From NCBI RefSeq assembly GCF_006345805.1, contig NC_042997.1:181660001-181724000 (forward strand): a stretch of DNA of 64,000 nt, written 5' to 3'. Each line of letters opens with the position of its first letter. Position 1 is the first letter of the stretch. Under the pieces are notes generated by a model. The model was not told where the DNA came from. It made no database searches and saw only the letters and a program-made list of their open reading frames with translations. Source of the DNA: Octopus sinensis (lineage: Eukaryota). A program made the translations under genes and the position numbers. This document shows, in pieces, positions 13,065-27,122 of the stretch.

Positions 13065-13136
13065 TGGGAAAATTTCGAACCTGGGTTCTCATTCCTAAGG
13101 TATTTTTCGATGTTATTATTATTATTATTATTATTA

Positions 13137-13234
<98 letters not shown>

Positions 13235-13555
13235 TCACTGCCCGGAATCAATAAAATAGAATAGTTAAATAAAATACAATATACCGCTTTTTTATATGCC
13301 ATAGTTATATTCATTATCGCCGCTTTTGGCTTTATCGTAATACCAAATGGCTGTTAAAATTCGTTCAGGATAACAACCAATCGTCTACTATTCTTAAAAG
13401 TAAGCAACCAAGCGTTCTTTTTTTGTTTGAATTCAATTTTTGTATTTTATTCTCAGCCAGAGGAACAGTAATCAAATCTTTTGCAGGTCTTTTTCAGAAG
13501 TCAATATCGTTTGATGTTCTGACTATATTTCTTACAATTCACACACGCATGCACG

Positions 13556-13646
<91 letters not shown>

Positions 13647-14246
13647 GCACACACATAAATATATGGGATGATGAAGAATGGTTGTGAATTCTCAAGGACA
13701 ATGAAGTTACAGCAGTGAAAGATCTGAGCAGAGATTTTAATACGGCTTTTGAATGCGAGACACAATAGGCTTGATGTGAGAAGGGAAGATTGGTGCAGGA
13801 ATAAGCTTTTGTTTCTTCCAATTAAACCCTGATGCAGTAAAACGTATGATGGATTGCGTTACTGCCATATTATCCTTTTGGTGTTTCCTCCATTTAAAAC
13901 GGCAAAGTGATACTTGATTCAGGTTCCGATACTATTTATATCAAGTAGCTTTCGATCCAAGTAGCGAGAGACAAAAAGAAATCATAGGTAGGATTGTTAG
14001 CTCGGAGGTTCGCGTACTGGACATGCTTTTGTTGAAATTCTAAAAGAGCTGGGATTCACTAGAAAGTATCACAGGAGAACAAGTTCACCTGAGATATGGG
14101 AGAGATAATCAAGGTGATAAAGAAGTTAACAACATTTTAATCATCTGTAAGATACTGAAATTAGATGCAGAAGTCAACAGTTCACAAGGACAGATAGCTT
14201 ACGTTTTGGTGAGAATGAGACACATGTTTGCAAAGATTTAAATAAC

Positions 14247-14317
<71 letters not shown>

Positions 14318-15121
14318 CAGAGAAAGAAAGAGAGAGAGAGAATGTATGTGTAACGTTTAATATAAAAATTCTAATTTTCGGATCTATGTCCCAAACTTTT
14401 GGCCACAAATGTAGTATTTTTTAGAATATTAGCTGTGTGCACTTATGATAATGATTACAAGAAAAATTCTGTAGCCTAGATATAAGAATTAAAGGTTTCT
14501 TATTAGTTACCCATAAATGTTCTCCAATTATTGACGAGGCATTCACAAACGCCGAACATTATATAACCATAGCTCCTTGTCCCAATATCTGGCCTTTTGT
14601 GCTTACACCAGGTTGTGGTTTTAATGGGAAGTTCCATCACTATTCTTCATTTTTAAAAGAATAGATGCATTCTGGTACTGTTGTCTTTGATATAACCGTC
14701 AGAATAATCCTTTAGTAGACGGTTTTACCGCAATGTAATATCTCATGTGGTTTGCGGACTGTTTTCGACAGCCAAGGAGGATATGGACGACACGTTTCTC
14801 ACCGACATAACGCAATCGACATTTTTCAATACATCATGGTTCTAGAGGTCTCGTTTTCTCCCTTGTTAATCGGATATTTAGTACATGTATTCATTTCCTG
14901 GAAGGCAAAGGCGTAACCTTCTAGGTGAGATATGATGTTTTTATAACAGGTTTAGGAAAAGATACAATTCATGTCGATGTGGTTGGAATTCACTATCACA
15001 ATTCTTTGGCTAATGAGTTGAAGTTGTTTCAGGAGACATGGGGTGGTGGAAAATGTGAGGAATATGTGAGTTGGGTTACTCCAGTATGTATGTATGTATG
15101 TATGTATGTATGTATGTATGT

Positions 15122-15441
15122 GAAGGCGCGTGGCTTAGTGCTTAGTGCTTAGGACAATCGGCTCATGATCGTAAGGTCGTGAGTTCAATTCCCGGCGGCG
15201 CGTTGTGTCCTTGAGCAAGACACGTTGCTCCAGTCCACTCAGCTGGTGAAAATGAGTAGTACCTGTATTTCAAAGGGCCCGCCTTGTCACACACTGTGTC
15301 ACGCTGAATCTCCCCGAGAACTACGTTATGGGTACACGTGTTTGTGGGGTGCTCAGCCACTTACACGTTAATTTCACGAGCGAGCTATTCCGTTGATCGT
15401 ATCAGCTGGGACCCACGTCATCGCAACCGCCGGAGTGCTCC
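15122..15441 (+). mobile_element. CORE-type SINE (head1 + CORE + tail X)
   Basis: ggcgcgtggcttagtg...gagttcaattccc head; gttgtgtccttgagcaagacac CORE; tail X; flanked by (TATG)n. Confidence 0.85.
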
Positions 15442-16907
15442 TATGTATGTATGTATGTATGTATGTATGTATGTATGTATGTTGTATGTATGTATGTATG
15501 TATGTATGCAGGCATGCATGTATGTACGTATTTATGTATGTATGTATGTACGTACGTATGTATGTATGTATGTATGTATGTATGTATGTATGTATGTATG
15601 TATGTGCGTACTTATATATGTTTCCATAGAATTTGCATGAAATCGAATCGAGTATAGAGTACAACATTTATTATTTAGATCATTGCTTAAAAATCCTAGG
15701 GTTTTGTGCAGGATAGGGGCAGGTGGTGTATGTGAGTTGGGTTGGTCTTGATTTAAGCACCGGTCATATGATCCGACTAGAATAGATACGGGGATGGCAA
15801 GGTAAAGAGCTGGTTTGGAGTTGAGAAAGTAATCAATGTGTCATTTCGCTGAGCATACTAAACTGGGACAGAGAGAAATGCTGGAAACACACTCTAAAGA
15901 TTAGGTTCGATTATCAGCTTACATCAAAAGATGTCCATACCTAGTTGCCTCCCCATTCATTTTGGATAACTCATATATCGTGCTAGTAGCAAGATTTGTT
16001 GCCATTTGATCTATGGGACTTGAGTTGGTTTACACGGAAGAAAAATGAAATAAGAGTCAACTTGAGATTTTTATTTGGAAAAGTAATTCTTGTTGCGGCC
16101 ATTAACATAAGTTCCCCCACCTTCCGCTTTCACCGTTCGAAAATAGCGCTAATATTTAGATTTATATGAAATTTTCTAACGGAAGCGCGTAGATTGAGAT
16201 CTGCTTTGAAGTAATGGTCAATAAACGCGAAATTGTTAAACATTTTATTAGCTATCGACTTCCTTCAGATATTAGAAATTATTGATTAGTGTTTCTCTAC
16301 TAATGGTTTACAGCACTATTTCGGCATTTTGGAATCTCTCACGAAATTTTACTGCAACTTTTAGTATGGCTGTTTTAAGTTTAAGCGCCTGTTCTTGTTA
16401 CTTTGATGCACCCTCAAAACACATATCATTCTGAATTGCAACCTAATTGATAAAGATCGATTACAAGGTTAAAGGCCCCTTTTTCTTCAAAATAGTAGGC
16501 AAGCACCAATTCTTCAAGTATACTTTGCAACATCTCTTCTTTTGTAATCAGGCTTTGCTCACTTCAAGTTTTGTGGTTCGGCAGGAAATGTAAGGAAACG
16601 AAACACTTGTCAATACAACAGTGTCTCGATCATCAAACATAATAAATTGTACGTCTCTCCATGATTCAATATTTAGCCAGAAGGAAGATTTTATTTCACT
16701 AAAGTTTTGTAGGTATGTGCACCAAAAACCAATATGAGAGTTTTTCTCGTGGTAAATACCGAAGTATTGTTTGTTCTAACACAACATCCACGTTTAAGTG
16801 CGGAAAAATATTACCAGTTTGTGTGTGTGTGAGTGTGTGTGTGTGTATGTATGCGTGATCGTAATTGTATCTGCGGATGCCTGTTGGACATACAGTTTTT
16901 ATATACA

Positions 16908-17082
16908 GGAGTGGCTGTGTGGTAGGTAGCTTGCTTACCAGCCACATGCTTTCGGATTCAGTCCCACTGCGTGGCACATTGGGCAAATTTCTTCTACTAT
17001 AGCCTCGGACCGACCAATCCTTGTGAGTGGATTTGGCAGACAGAAACTAAAAGACGCCTTTCGTATATACATATATATGTAT

Positions 17083-17142
<60 letters not shown>

Positions 17143-17360
17143 GTTTGTGTGTTTGTGTGTCTCTGTCCCCCCAACATCGCTTGACAACCGACGCTGGTGT
17201 GTTTACGACCCCGTATCTTAGCGGTTCGGCAAAAGAGACCGATAGAATAAGTACCAGACTCACAAAGAATAAGTGCTGGGGTCGATTTGCTCGACTAAAG
17301 GCGGTGCTCCAGCATGACCGCAGTCAAACTACTGAAACAAGTGAAAGAGTAAAAGAGTAT
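16908..17360 (+). mobile_element. SINE group A
   Basis: Full copy with internal (TG)n. Confidence 0.85.
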
Positions 17361-17849
17361 CCGTATTGACTTTCTCATTGCTAACGCCGTTCCCTGTATA
17401 CGCACAAATGTAATTCTTTCCCAAATAAATTGCAATTTATGTGCGAGCTTCCGATGAAGCTATAAAGTGTTATTCAGGCACTCAACAATGAGTCCACAGC
17501 ACCTCATAGCATTAGTAGCTTTAAGCTAATGAAATTCATAAGATAATCACTTATTCCTTTGCCAATTCTTTTTCTTATATATATATGTATATTTATATGA
17601 ATATATGTTTACATATTATTTAATGTACTCAGTGTAAGGTTACGAGATACTAATAGTTTCTCAGAACCTAAGATTGCTTGTAAACACAGGGCATGTAATA
17701 AAAACTAGCCTAGACAGGTGTCTTCACAGCAAGAAACTACCAGTAGCTCCTGTGTTTATACTGTGTACATAAAAATGATATCTAGTTTTCGTTGGATGGA
17801 GTACATTTCTTGTTGATCCTACACACACACACACACACACACACACATG

Positions 17850-18000
17850 GGGTGGCTGTGTGGTAAGTAGCTTGCTTACCAACCACGTGACTCCGGGTTG
17901 AGTCCCACTGCGTGGCATCTTGGTCAAGTATCTCGGGTCGACCGAAGCTTTGTGAGTGGATTTGGTAGACGGAAGCTGAAAGAAGCCCTTCGTATATATA
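17850..18000 (+). mobile_element. SINE group A, 5' half
   Basis: Head through gaagcccttcgtatata, then microsatellite. Confidence 0.8.
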
Positions 18001-18011
18001 TATGCATACAT

Positions 18012-18047
<36 letters not shown>

Positions 18048-18062
18048 GTGTGTGTGTGTGTG

Positions 18063-18435
18063 TATTCTTTTAATTGTTTCAGTAATTTGACTGTGGCCAT
18101 GTTGAAACACCGCATTTAGTCGAACAAATGGACTCCAGGACTTATTCTTTGTAAGCCTAGTACTTATTCTAATAGTCACTTTTACCGAATTGCTAAATTT
18201 AGGGGACGTAAACATACCAACATCCGCTGTCAAGTTATGGTGGAGGTGACAAATACTGGCACACACACATAAATATATATATACGACGTGCTTCTTTCAG
18301 TTTCCGTCAACCAAATCCACTTACAAGGCTTTGGTCGGCGGCCCGAGGTCATAGTAGAAGAGACTTGCCCAAGGTAGCTTGCAGTGGGACTGAACCCGGA
18401 ACCATGTGGTTGGGAAGCAAGCTTCTTTCCACACA
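18063..18435 (-). mobile_element. SINE group A
   Basis: Full reverse copy, inverted relative to 17850-18000 and 16908-17360. Confidence 0.8.
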
Positions 18436-18488
18436 AACCAATGCATATATATATATATATATGTATATATATTATATATATATATATA

Positions 18489-18525
<37 letters not shown>

Positions 18526-18603
18526 GCATATACATGTATATATATGTCTTTGCACACACACACGCATATATGCATGTGTGTGTTTCTGTCTGTGGTGTGT
18601 GTG

Positions 18604-18641
<38 letters not shown>

Positions 18642-19199
18642 TTGTGCATGTGTGTGTGTCTATGTAAAGACATATAAACCAAGGAAAACGCGGACCGTTT
18701 CACCTTACTGGCGGTAACCTAACAAAAGCTGGATTGTGAAGAATTGATTTTACGTCGAGTGTTGGCGCCACGGGATACAATTCAAATATTGACAGCATTT
18801 TACTTATGATGTGAATGCAAATAAAACCATAAAAGTGTTTCTATTCCTCATATATAATAAATGAGAATAACCACGACCCAGTGAGGTTTGTATATACATG
18901 GTCACCAGATATGTTTGAAATATCAAACAAAGTTTTCTCTTATAACAGTGTAGTGCCTTAAATAAGGAACGGTGACATGTGAAAAGATGAAAGGATTATC
19001 ACAGATGAATCGGGTATATATATCAGTATTGCTGGCAACAATAATATGATGTTATAGAGATAGAAAATTGGGCACTCAGCCGAAATTTGAGGATAATTTA
19101 TTGATCTGCGGAAACTGATAATTTTAGAATTTACTGCCGAATTAATAAAAAAATATTTCCTGGATATTGTGTGTGTGTGTGTGTGTGTGTGTGTATAGG

Positions 19200-19500
19200 A
19201 ATGACTGTGTGGTAAGTAGCTTGCTTACCAACCACATGGTTCCGGGTTCAGTCTCACTGCGTGGCACCTTGTGCAAGTTTCTTCTACTATAGCCTCGGGC
19301 CGACCAAAGCCATCGCTCGACAACTGATATTGGTGTGTTTATGTCTCCATAACTTGACTGTTCAGTCAAAGAGACCGATAGAATAAGTACCTGGCTTACA
19401 AAGAATAAGTTCTTGGTCGAATTTCTTCGACTAAAACCCTTTAAGCCGGTGCTGCAGCATGGCCGCAGTCAAATGATTGAAACGAGTAAATGAATAAGTC
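19200..19500 (+). mobile_element. SINE group A with internal deletion
   Basis: Head joined to the 3' half; the microsatellite-bearing middle is absent. Confidence 0.75.
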
Positions 19501-19911
19501 TGTTATTCACAAAATTAAATTTGCAAAAAAATAATACATAAAATAAAATAAAAAGTAAAAGTTTCCTCAAGAAGGCGCCGGTACCTGGTGCATGCGTTCC
19601 TCATTGTGTCTCTTTGGAGCTCTTCGAACACCTTGATTTCGGTCACAACTCAGCCTTGGTGTTACAGAGAGAGCGGTTGGTGTCTTTCTAAACCGCAGCC
19701 CCCCCCCCCCCACACACACACATAGAAAAATCAATAGAATTATGGATTATAATCAGAGGAATTAGGAGGCTAATTAGAAATTCTCCGAAAACCACTTCAA
19801 ACTCTTTCCGGCGATATGGCAAGGAGATGAACCCTGCTGCCATACGTATGGCATACCATCAGCAGTTCTCCCCAGCCAGGGTTTGACCAAAGTCTCCAGC
19901 AACATCACAGT

Positions 19912-20100
19912 GGAGGCGCAATGGCCCAGTGTTTAGGGAAGCAGACTCGCGGTCGTATGAACTCGGCTTCGATTCTCAGACCGGGCATTGTGAATGTTTA
20001 TTGAGCAAAAACACCTAAGATCCACGAGGCTCCGGCAGGGGGTGGTGGTGAACCCCGCTGTACTCTTTCACCACAACTTTCTCTCACACTTTCTTCCTAC
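19912..20100 (+). mobile_element. SINE head2 + body2 fragment
   Basis: ggaggcgcaatggcccagtg...aaacacctaa...ctctttcaccacaactttctctc matches 27123-27502. Confidence 0.8.
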
Positions 20101-20439
20101 TTCTGCCACAAAGCAGAGGAACCATGGTGTAACCCACTATGGTGTGGTAAACCTTCAGACCCTAGTCTAGATTGCGAATCCTCTGTACCCCAGGATGGTT
20201 CAGCTCTCCACTCGCTAAAAACCACTGTTTAGAGAATGAGGATAACAACGTAGCTTTCACGCCTGTGCAACCGCCAGTCTATACCGTGTAATGGGTGGAT
20301 CTTCAAGTTGCCACACGCATTCTTAGTAGCTTAGAGTAGGCTCGAATTAGAGATTATTCTTTGCGGCTAATGGCGTGACTCCTTATAGGAAGGAGAAGAA
20401 GAAGCAACATCACATAACCATCTGAACTGAGTCTAAAGG

Positions 20440-20690
20440 CACGTTCATAGCTCTGAGGTAATATCTGGTGTGCAGACGCAGTCAGAACGCCTCCTGTGTT
20501 CCTTCGTGCTGACCATAGTTTCGTAGTTTCCGTTACAGCTATCCATGTCATGTCTTACAACCTTTACAGTGTTCACAGAGCATTGAGCAGCAGTCACGAT
20601 ATCGGTATTGTTACCCGGTGCAATACAGATAACTCTTTTCTAAAAGCCCTCTTTTGTTGCTGTATTTCACATCCTATCTGGAAATCTGCT
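20440..20690 (-). pseudogene. Degenerate Tc1/mariner-superfamily (maT-like) transposase N-terminus
   Basis: Manual translation KRVICIAPGNNTDIVTAAQCSVNTVKVVRHDMDSCNGNYETMVSTKEHRRRSDCVCTP resembles the HTH plus 'RKEHSRRSD' region of these transposases (from memory). Confidence 0.45.
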
Positions 20691-21511
20691 ATTCTCGTGC
20701 CCTGTGTCAACCTTTCTATAACATTATTTATCATTATTTGTGTTTCTTTTTAGTAATTTTGTTCTGCTTTTAGTTTGGATCTGACTGTCGGTTGGAATCA
20801 TTATGAATGGAGTAACCATATCAATGCCATTATTTGTTAGGCCATAATGACATGTCTTGGATTGTCGCCATAAATTGTGCTATTTTCTTTCTTTTTACAC
20901 ATGGAAAGAAGTTCAGCCTTCAAGAAAATAAATGATAACAATTACGTCGATATTCTTGTGTCTGTATGACTGACAATTGATTGTGGAATTTTGAAATTAC
21001 GTATTTTCTTAGCTGTACACGTTTGACACTATATTATAAAGTCGTCGATAAGATAGTCCTTGTTCATACTTTATAGGACTGAAATTTGCTGTTGAAAAGC
21101 TCTTTCAAATATTTCTTGTTGCCTTTATGTATGGGGGCCATTAATTTAATGGTTTCTTGTATCATTAATTAACTTTCAAATCGAGTTAGACGTAATGCTG
21201 TTCGTTTATTCCATCAACCGGACAAATTATTCATTGATTAGCATGCGAAGTGGTTGAACGTTCTATAGACACGTGTACTCATATTATTAGCTCGAACTTG
21301 CTGGACCTTTGCGTTACAAGCACAGTCCATTCAATAAACTTTTACACAGCTTCTATCTGCCCTAATATCATTTATAATATTTAGGTTGACCCGAGGCTAT
21401 GATAAAAGTACTTGCGCCTAAGGTGCCATAAAGTGGGATTAAACCGAAGCGAAATTCTTATCAATTCAGCTAAACATGCTTCTACGAGTTCTATAATATT
21501 CACCTAAACTA

Positions 21512-21820
21512 ACATTCCGTCGGTTACGACGACGAAGGTTCCAATTGATTCGACCAATGGAATAGCCTGCTCGTGAAATTAACGTGCAAGTGGCCGAGCA
21601 CTTCACAGACACGTGTACCCGTAACGTAGTTCTCATGAAGATTCAGCGTGACACACAGTGTGACGAGGCTGGCTCCTTTGAGAAACAGGTACTACTCATT
21701 TTTGCCAGCTGAGTGGACTGGAGCAACGTGAAATAAAGTTTCTTGCTCAAGGACAAAACACGTCGCCAGGAAATGAACTCACGGATACCCTAATAAATAC
21801 CCACTAAACCACGCGCCTTC
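21512..21820 (-). mobile_element. CORE-type SINE (head1 + CORE + tail X)
   Basis: Reverse complement of the 15122 family. Confidence 0.8.
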
Positions 21821-22004
21821 TAATATTCATCACAACAGTCACATCTCTCTCAAAAGTAACGAATATTAAGATGTTTTTATTCTGTTGGATTTCATTGTGC
21901 TTGCATGCTTCTGATTTTCAGAGCAAATACCTTTTGACTACTTCTAATGTACCGCCAAACCTTACAGATTCTTCCCCGAAGTGAAACATACCTTTTATCT
22001 TTTA

Positions 22005-22242
22005 TCTTTTACTTGCTTCAATAATTTGACTGCGTCTATGCTGGAGCACCACTCTGTATGGGTTTTAGTCGAGAACATTTTATTTTTAAGCCTGGTACTT
22101 ATTCTATCGGTCTCTTTGGCTGAACCACTTAGTTACGGGGACATAAACATACCAACACTGGTTACCAAACGGTGATGGAAGACAAATACCGATACAAAGG
22201 CACACACAAATAGACACACACACACACATACACACACACACA

Positions 22243-22308
<66 letters not shown>

Positions 22309-22462
22309 CGACGGACCTCTTTCAGTTTCCGTTTACCAAATTCACTTACAAGGCTTTGGTCGGCTCGAGGCTAATGCAGAAATCACTTGCCCAGGGTGCC
22401 ATGCAGTGGGACTGAACCCGGAACCATGTAGGTAGGAAGGAAGTTTCTTACCACACAGCAAT
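22005..22462 (-). mobile_element. SINE group A
   Basis: Full reverse copy with internal (CA)n. Confidence 0.8.
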
Positions 22463-22955
22463 ATCTGCGACTATATACTCATTAAAAAAACAACTTTTCC
22501 TTGAGTTTTTGTTAGTTTTCACAAATGAGAAAGTGGATGAAGTCTCCCTTCAAAATAGAAAATTATCGGTAATCTAATAAAAAGAGGAATATTATATTAA
22601 AACCACATAATAAACATATGGAATGACAAAAATATCTATATAGAGTTACGAAATGAAATATGTGTTTTAGATAAGGAACCAATAAGCGAACTGAAAAAAA
22701 AAATGCAAAAACGCTATGCATGTTGATACAGATTCTGATATCTCAGTCAGTAAGCCTACAGTTGCTTTCTGTACAAAATGGCTGACATTACTGAAATATA
22801 CGTAAATACACTAAAAGGAACAAATAATTGTAATCACGCCAGTGGCAAAGGACGTTAATTTCGATTAGCAATATTAATTCTGCTTTCCAAGTGAGTCTAC
22901 CGCAATGTACTTATTCAACACCTGACAATACTTATCGTCCAGTTTGCCAGAAATA

Positions 22956-23414
22956 GTTAGTTAGTTAGTTAGTTAATTTGGCTCAAAAGCAAATAGCAAG
23001 GCCATGTAGGGGGACATGGAGTTAAGTACAGGGTGGTGTTCATGTAAAGAGTTCAGGCCACTTGAGGTCCAGGGAGGCTTTGAACAAAGCGGTCGTCGGC
23101 ATCTTTACCATCTCGTCTGGCAGCTTGTTCCACGGATCCGCAACCCGGACGGAGAAAGCTCCTCTCCTTCGATTGAGATGAAATCGTCGCAGGTAGAGCT
23201 TTTCGGAATGACCCCGCAGCCGACGCTCTGGAGCAGGAGTGAAGAACAGCTCTTTCGAGAGGTTACACTTTCCGCTTATGATGTTGTGGGCGAGAATGAG
23301 ATCACTACGGCGGCGGCGTTTTTCAAGATAATAAAGGTCGAGCGTCCTCAGCCTTTTCCACAAACAATACCTTACACTCTTTAAAACGTATTGGATAGCG
23401 TAGTCCATGGACAT
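22956..23414 (-). mobile_element. CR1-clade LINE 3' end
   Basis: RLRTLDLYYLEKRRRRSDLILAHNII...LRGHSEKL...FSVRVADPWNKLP..V....FKASLD is the canonical CR1 ORF2 C-terminus; (TAAC)n tail at ~22956-22975. Confidence 0.9.
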
Positions 23415-23914
23415 ATTAACCTCGAAAGAAGAAAAAATTAAAAGGTCACGCTAGAACGTTTTATCTCTATGCAATTAGGGATATCTGTAACTAAGTAACA
23501 ATTAAACGATTAAACAACAGTCTAGTCTCATTCAAAACATTGTGTCAATGGAAACACGAGATGTTCTGTAAGGAAATGTAGAAGAAGGTGAAAGACCATC
23601 TATGGAACAGAACGACAAGGCTCCATCTGGATTTCTGGTAGCCTCTGCCTGGGATTGGATTCGCCAGCTTTCCACTTTTGAACTTCTCTGCACTATGATC
23701 TGAAATGTGAGATCTATTGTACCCTGATGACGGAGGCTCGTTTTATCCAAGGTTGATTCTATTATGGCTTTCATATTGTGATGAACTACATCAACCGACA
23801 TTATTATGATGGATCTCCGAGCCCCAACAAACAGGTGTTGGACTTATAACACCTTAATTTTTCCCCACTCTAATTTTCTCTGTGGTTTGTACTCTGTGTA
23901 AGTTTGTTCCTTCT

Positions 23915-24168
23915 TGAGCCATGACTGGCTCATAAGGATCGGTTTCCTGGTTTCCATGGAGTATAGGTTCCCCACCAGGACGAGATGCCGGTCCGTCACA
24001 GGTGAGCTGCAAGATGCAGGAGGAAAGAGTGAGAGAAAGTTGTAGCGAAAGGGTCAGCAAAAGTTCGCCATTACCTTCGGCCGGAGCCGCGTGGAGCTAA
24101 GGTGTTTCGCTCATAAACACACACATCGCCACGAGTCTTCTGCTCTAACCACTAGGCCATGTGCCTCC
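23915..24168 (-). mobile_element. SINE (head3 + body2 + tail Y)
   Basis: Matches 60185-60470. Confidence 0.75.
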
Positions 24169-24394
24169 ACACTATGTGTAAGTATGATCTATTAATATAA
24201 ATATCTATATATTTATATTCGAATATTCATCGTCTGAAAGTCTCCACTCTTTGCTTTCTCTCGTTTTGCATGTATACATATATACGTATATACATATTTA
24301 GTATTTTATACTCAAGCTTTAATTTGTTGATCCACATAATTGCCTCCATATTTGCTCAACTTAATTCCTCTTCCATACAAAGGGAATACAAAGG

Positions 24395-24474
<80 letters not shown>

Positions 24475-24477
24475 AAT

Positions 24478-24718
24478 GGAAAGACGAGAAATGGAAAGAC
24501 AGGAAAAGACGTCAACAAAAAACTATGACATTACAACCAGCCAGGAACAGTCTTCGCTATATTTGTGGCATCTGCCAGAGGGAGTGTTTGTCCGGGATAG
24601 GACTACACACCCACAGCTGGAAATGTATTTGGACATGAAATATAAAAGCCGGACTAGATTATTTTATGCGCAACTCCATTGTCTCCCGAGACAAAAAAGG
24701 ATTCCAACCAACCAATCC
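24478..24718 (+). mobile_element. RTE-clade LINE 3' end
   Basis: RYICGICQRECLSGIGLHTHSWKC is an RTE-type terminal zinc knuckle; short 3' UTR ccattgtctcccgagac and (CAAC)n tail. Confidence 0.75.
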
Positions 24719-24867
24719 CTCTTACAGCCATTCTTTACCCCTCGTAATTGATCCCATGTAAATACATCGGAGGCCAAGTTTGAATCATTTGAGCGCTACT
24801 GAGTATCTTCTATACTGAGAATCTCTGGATCTCATCTGTTGACTATATACATCTGTATATATGTGTA

Positions 24868-24925
<58 letters not shown>

Positions 24926-25506
24926 TGTGTGTGTGTGTGTGTTTATGTGTGTGTGCACGCGCGTGAAAACATACGTGCCCAAACACTGTGTGGAATATAT
25001 CATTCCTGTTTGGCACCTAGATGCAATAGCGTACATATATGAACACGCACAGCGACGGCAAATATGTCAATTTTACCGACAAAACCTTCAGCGCGCTGAA
25101 ATTTATCTAAAGCGCAAGGAACGCCTTCTCAATTAAGCTGTTTCTCACAACTGCAAACTAACACAATCAGCGATAATATTACATCGAGTAATTGCGAAAC
25201 CGATATTGTTTGTATTTCTGTAAATATTATACAAACTGTATTCTTTATTTCCCTCTTGATTTATAAACAGGTTTTGTTTATTTACTAGGAAACATTTAAT
25301 TTTATTGAAACACATTTTCCCTTTTTATTTTTATTTTTTATTTTTTCCTTGGAAGAAAAATTATCTTTAAAATGGTAATAAATGGCATTCTTTTGGTTGC
25401 GAAATTATAGACAAGGCGACATCATAAATTATTGAATTATTGCAACAGTTTTGCAGCCAGGAAAACATCTATGTATGTATGTATTTATGTATGTATGTAT
25501 AATATA

Positions 25507-25552
<46 letters not shown>

Positions 25553-25837
25553 GTAAGACGATATAAGTACTGGTTTGTCGGCTGTTGATTTCTCTATTTA
25601 CACATTTATATCCTGTTGAGAGAGGATGTGAGTGCGAAAGGGATATACGTAGATAGTTAACATCATACATGTAGGATACTACATGCACATACTAGGTTTA
25701 CTGCCAGGCAATGAGTAAACGAAAGATGCGCATACTGTAAGTGAGAAACAATCAAAGAGACAGAGAAGGAAGAGCATGTGGTAGAAGGGGGAGGATGTGG
25801 TAGAAGGGGAAGGATGTGGTAGAAGGTAGAAGGGAAA

Positions 25838-26150
25838 GGCGCGAACTGGCAGAAACGTTAGCACGTATTTCGTCTGCCGTTACGTCCTGAGTTCAAATTC
25901 CGCCGAGGTCGACTTTGCCTTGTTTGTCCTCTCTGTTTAGCCCCTTGTGGGTAGTAAAGAAATAGGTATTTCGTCTGCCGCTACGTTCTGAGTTCAAATT
26001 CCGCCGAGGTCGACTTTGCCTTTCATCCATTCGGTGTCGATAAATTAAGTACCAGTTACGCACTGGGGTCGATATAATCGACTTAATCCGTTTGTCTGTC
26101 CTTGTTGGACCCCTCTGTGTTTAGCCCCTTGTGGGCAATAAAGAAATAAG
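25838..26150 (+). mobile_element. SINE group C, partial dimer
   Basis: Head, deleted first body, junction aagaaata|ggtatttcgtctgcc, second full body. Confidence 0.85.
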
Positions 26151-26382
26151 AAAGGGAAGGGGATAACGGGTGTAAATGAAAGTGATTATGGGTGAAATCA
26201 TACAAATAAGAAATTTGTTTCCTTCAATTTTGTTTTAAGGTAATATCTTTCTTTTGAAAATTATTATTCATTTCGTCATTTTGTATAAGTACGGAGAAAT
26301 ATGATAACCGTTAGATTATATATATTTTGTGTATGCTATATTTCTTGATGTTAACCATGATGGCAAAAGTATATTTTATGAC

Positions 26383-26540
26383 GAGTGGCTGTGTTAAGAA
26401 GCTTGCTTCCCAATCACATGGTTCGGGGTTCAGTCCCACTGTGTCGCACCTTGGTCAAGTGTATTCTACAATATCCTCGAGCCGAATAAAGCCTTGTGAG
26501 TGGATTTGGTAGACGGAAACTGAAATAATATCTTCATATA

Positions 26541-26604
<64 letters not shown>

Positions 26605-26810
26605 TGCGAGTCAGTTTTTGTGTCTGTGTTTGTCCCCACAGTCCGCTTGACAACCGGTGTTGGTGTGTTTACGTCCCCGTAACTTAACGGTTCATGTATA
26701 TGTACGAGGTTTAAAAAAGGTAAGTCCTCAGGTCAATTTGTTCGACTAAAACCCTTCAAGGCGGTGTCCCAGCATGGCAGCACTCAAATGCCTGAAACAA
26801 GTTAAAGATA
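26383..26810 (+). mobile_element. SINE group A
   Basis: Full copy with internal (TA)n. Confidence 0.8.
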
Positions 26811-26882
<72 letters not shown>

Positions 26883-27122
26883 TGTAGACAAAGTATATAC
26901 ATTATATGTGTATGTGTTACCAGGTATGTATTCTATTGGTTATTTTCGTATTGTGTGTTTTGTGATTTTTCTTCGAAAGTCTGTCACAGGGACGATCTAT
27001 CTATCTTTCTGTAATAGAGGTAGTTTATTCTTATCGTTCATAAGATTTTGATTGACATCATATCATTTTTTGCTGTATTGTTTATTGTCGGATCTCCAAA
27101 TGGCTCATCATTAATATCTGGA

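Larger units (their letters stand above)
11727..13095 (-). mobile_element. Internally deleted Penelope-like element with two pLTR direct repeats
   Basis: N-terminal motif (YG..QLRHIDKLHQKLSRLSNHL.VL.RC), RT C-terminal/thumb (IQFTMEKEKDNLLDFLDVLITR...YCKPT..GRYLNFNSH), GIY-YIG start (NCVYSIQCS). Direct repeats at ~11727-11835 and ~12995-13080. The RT catalytic core is missing. Confidence 0.9.

Noticed and set aside
23532-23801. 89-aa ORF as a host gene
   Set aside because: No family recognised; with a frameshift it weakly resembles a Tc1 HTH remnant, too weak to call.
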